Source: the human T2T-CHM13v2.0 reference genome, Homo sapiens. Taken from it: a stretch of 64,000 nt of DNA. Of this stretch, positions 62,751-64,000 are shown in pieces. Within the stretch, counting starts at the first letter, position 1. Every line of letters begins with the position of its first letter. The stretch lies in the NCBI RefSeq assembly GCF_009914755.1, contig NC_060935.1. One strand, given 5' to 3'. A program made the position numbers and the translations under genes. The notes under the pieces are model-generated. The model was given only the letters and a program-made list of their open reading frames with translations. It made no database searches and had not been told where the DNA came from.

Positions 62751-63370
62751 CTTTCTGGATGGACATTAATTCTGAGTGATATGAACTAGTTTCTTCTCCA
62801 GAGACATTTTCGTTACCACTCCTCCTATGGGAAGGAGGTTCTACAAAATGTAATCATTTCATTTTGGGCCACCAACATGTCTTGACTGTCAGTATAAACA
62901 TATGAGTGTATTGCTGAAAACTGTGGTGTGATGATTAACTCTCCAAGATCCCTATACAGGGATTGTCAGTTGAAAAAACTACGTGGAAACCTTAAAACAT
63001 CCAGAAACCACCAATATGTGTAATTTGCCTTTAAAGGATGTCATTTACTAAAAAACTGTCATTATTCCTAAGCAGGAATGGGGGCTGTAATGTTATGTTG
63101 GCCACATATTTGTGGCACATCTGAGAACTGTTTGTATAAATGCACTGGCTAGAAGCCCCATTCGCTGGTCCAAAACCCATTCTAACACTGACAACACAAT
63201 AAAGAAGAATGGCACATGCCAAGTTATTTGACAAAACTTACCAAGGAGGTCACTGTGCTGGCTTTCCTTTTCTGTTGTGTACCCAGTGCCTAATACAAAT
63301 CCTTGCATAGAGTTTGTGCTTAACTATTGAAGGAATGAATGGAGTCAGCAACAAGGATTAATATGCATGC

Positions 63371-63499
63371 TTTTTTTTTTTTTGAGATGTGAGTCTTGCT
63401 GTGTTGCCCAGGCTAGTCTCAAACTCCTGGGCTCAAGCAATCCTCCTGCCTCAGCCTCCCAAGTAGCTGGGACTACAGGTGCGTGCCACTGCACCTGGC
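63371..63499 (-). mobile_element. Alu right-arm monomer
   Basis: TSD atatgcatgcttt. Confidence 0.85.
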
Positions 63500-64000
63500 T
63501 ATATGCATGCTTTCTAGGGTAAAAAATTGAAGAGTGTAATTTGCTGCCATCCTAACTTATTACCGTCACCCTCTGGCATCATGGCAGTACTAAAAACTTC
63601 TAGATTGGCAGCTGGGACTGTTAAGCTCTCCTACCCTTGATTCACCAAATAACCATCTCCACGGTCAGCCTTTGTAGCTTGGTCAGTTCCTCCTAGCCCA
63701 CCTTCCATTCCAGTAGTGGATGATCCCAAAGAGTAGGACTCCATTTTTCTTCCCACCAGCCACCTATTGCCAAAGATCCTTTGTGCCTTTACCCAGCCAA
63801 GTCACAAAACATTGAATAACCACACTGACATTTTGTTGTTGGCACTGGAATCAGAGACTACCATGTTATAATCTGAGATTTGGAATGATCACTCTAATGA
63901 CAGATTTTGTCTGATCTCCTTCTCAGGGTGGTTGGGCTGGTGGGCTACAGTGAGTCTATCACGGCCAGACTGGGGCAGTGAAAATACTTGTTACCCACAG

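Overview
Primate, almost certainly human, genomic DNA with no protein-coding exon I can support. A CpG island (~7620-8900) holds the promoter and a non-coding first exon (~8302-8460, minus strand, donor GG|GTAAGG). From memory I recognise this exon as the 5' UTR of RDX (radixin); this is not database-checked. Bases 1-8301 are its intron 1. The remaining ~55 kb is upstream intergenic DNA dominated by transposons: dozens of Alus, L1/L2/MIR/HAL1 fragments, hAT elements (MER1A, MER1B, MER58A), MaLR LTRs, and ERV LTRs (three MER41 plus a fragment, LTR12, LTR17/HERV-W, an LTR1-group LTR, MER57) with an ERVL gag fossil. Family names come from recalled consensus sequences. Best observations: (1) an Alu fused to a foreign polyadenylated 3' end inside one TSD pair; (2) a nested Alu/MER41B/LTR12 stack 2-5 kb upstream of the TSS, with an intact tandem STAT GAS pair and a sense-oriented NF-Y LTR promoter; (3) a locally templated copy of a MER41A+Alu segment with fold-back scars and a (TTC)23 tract; (4) a template-switch hairpin in a MER41B; (5) an unexplained coding-like relic split by an LTR. 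I see no evidence for a new multi-gene system.
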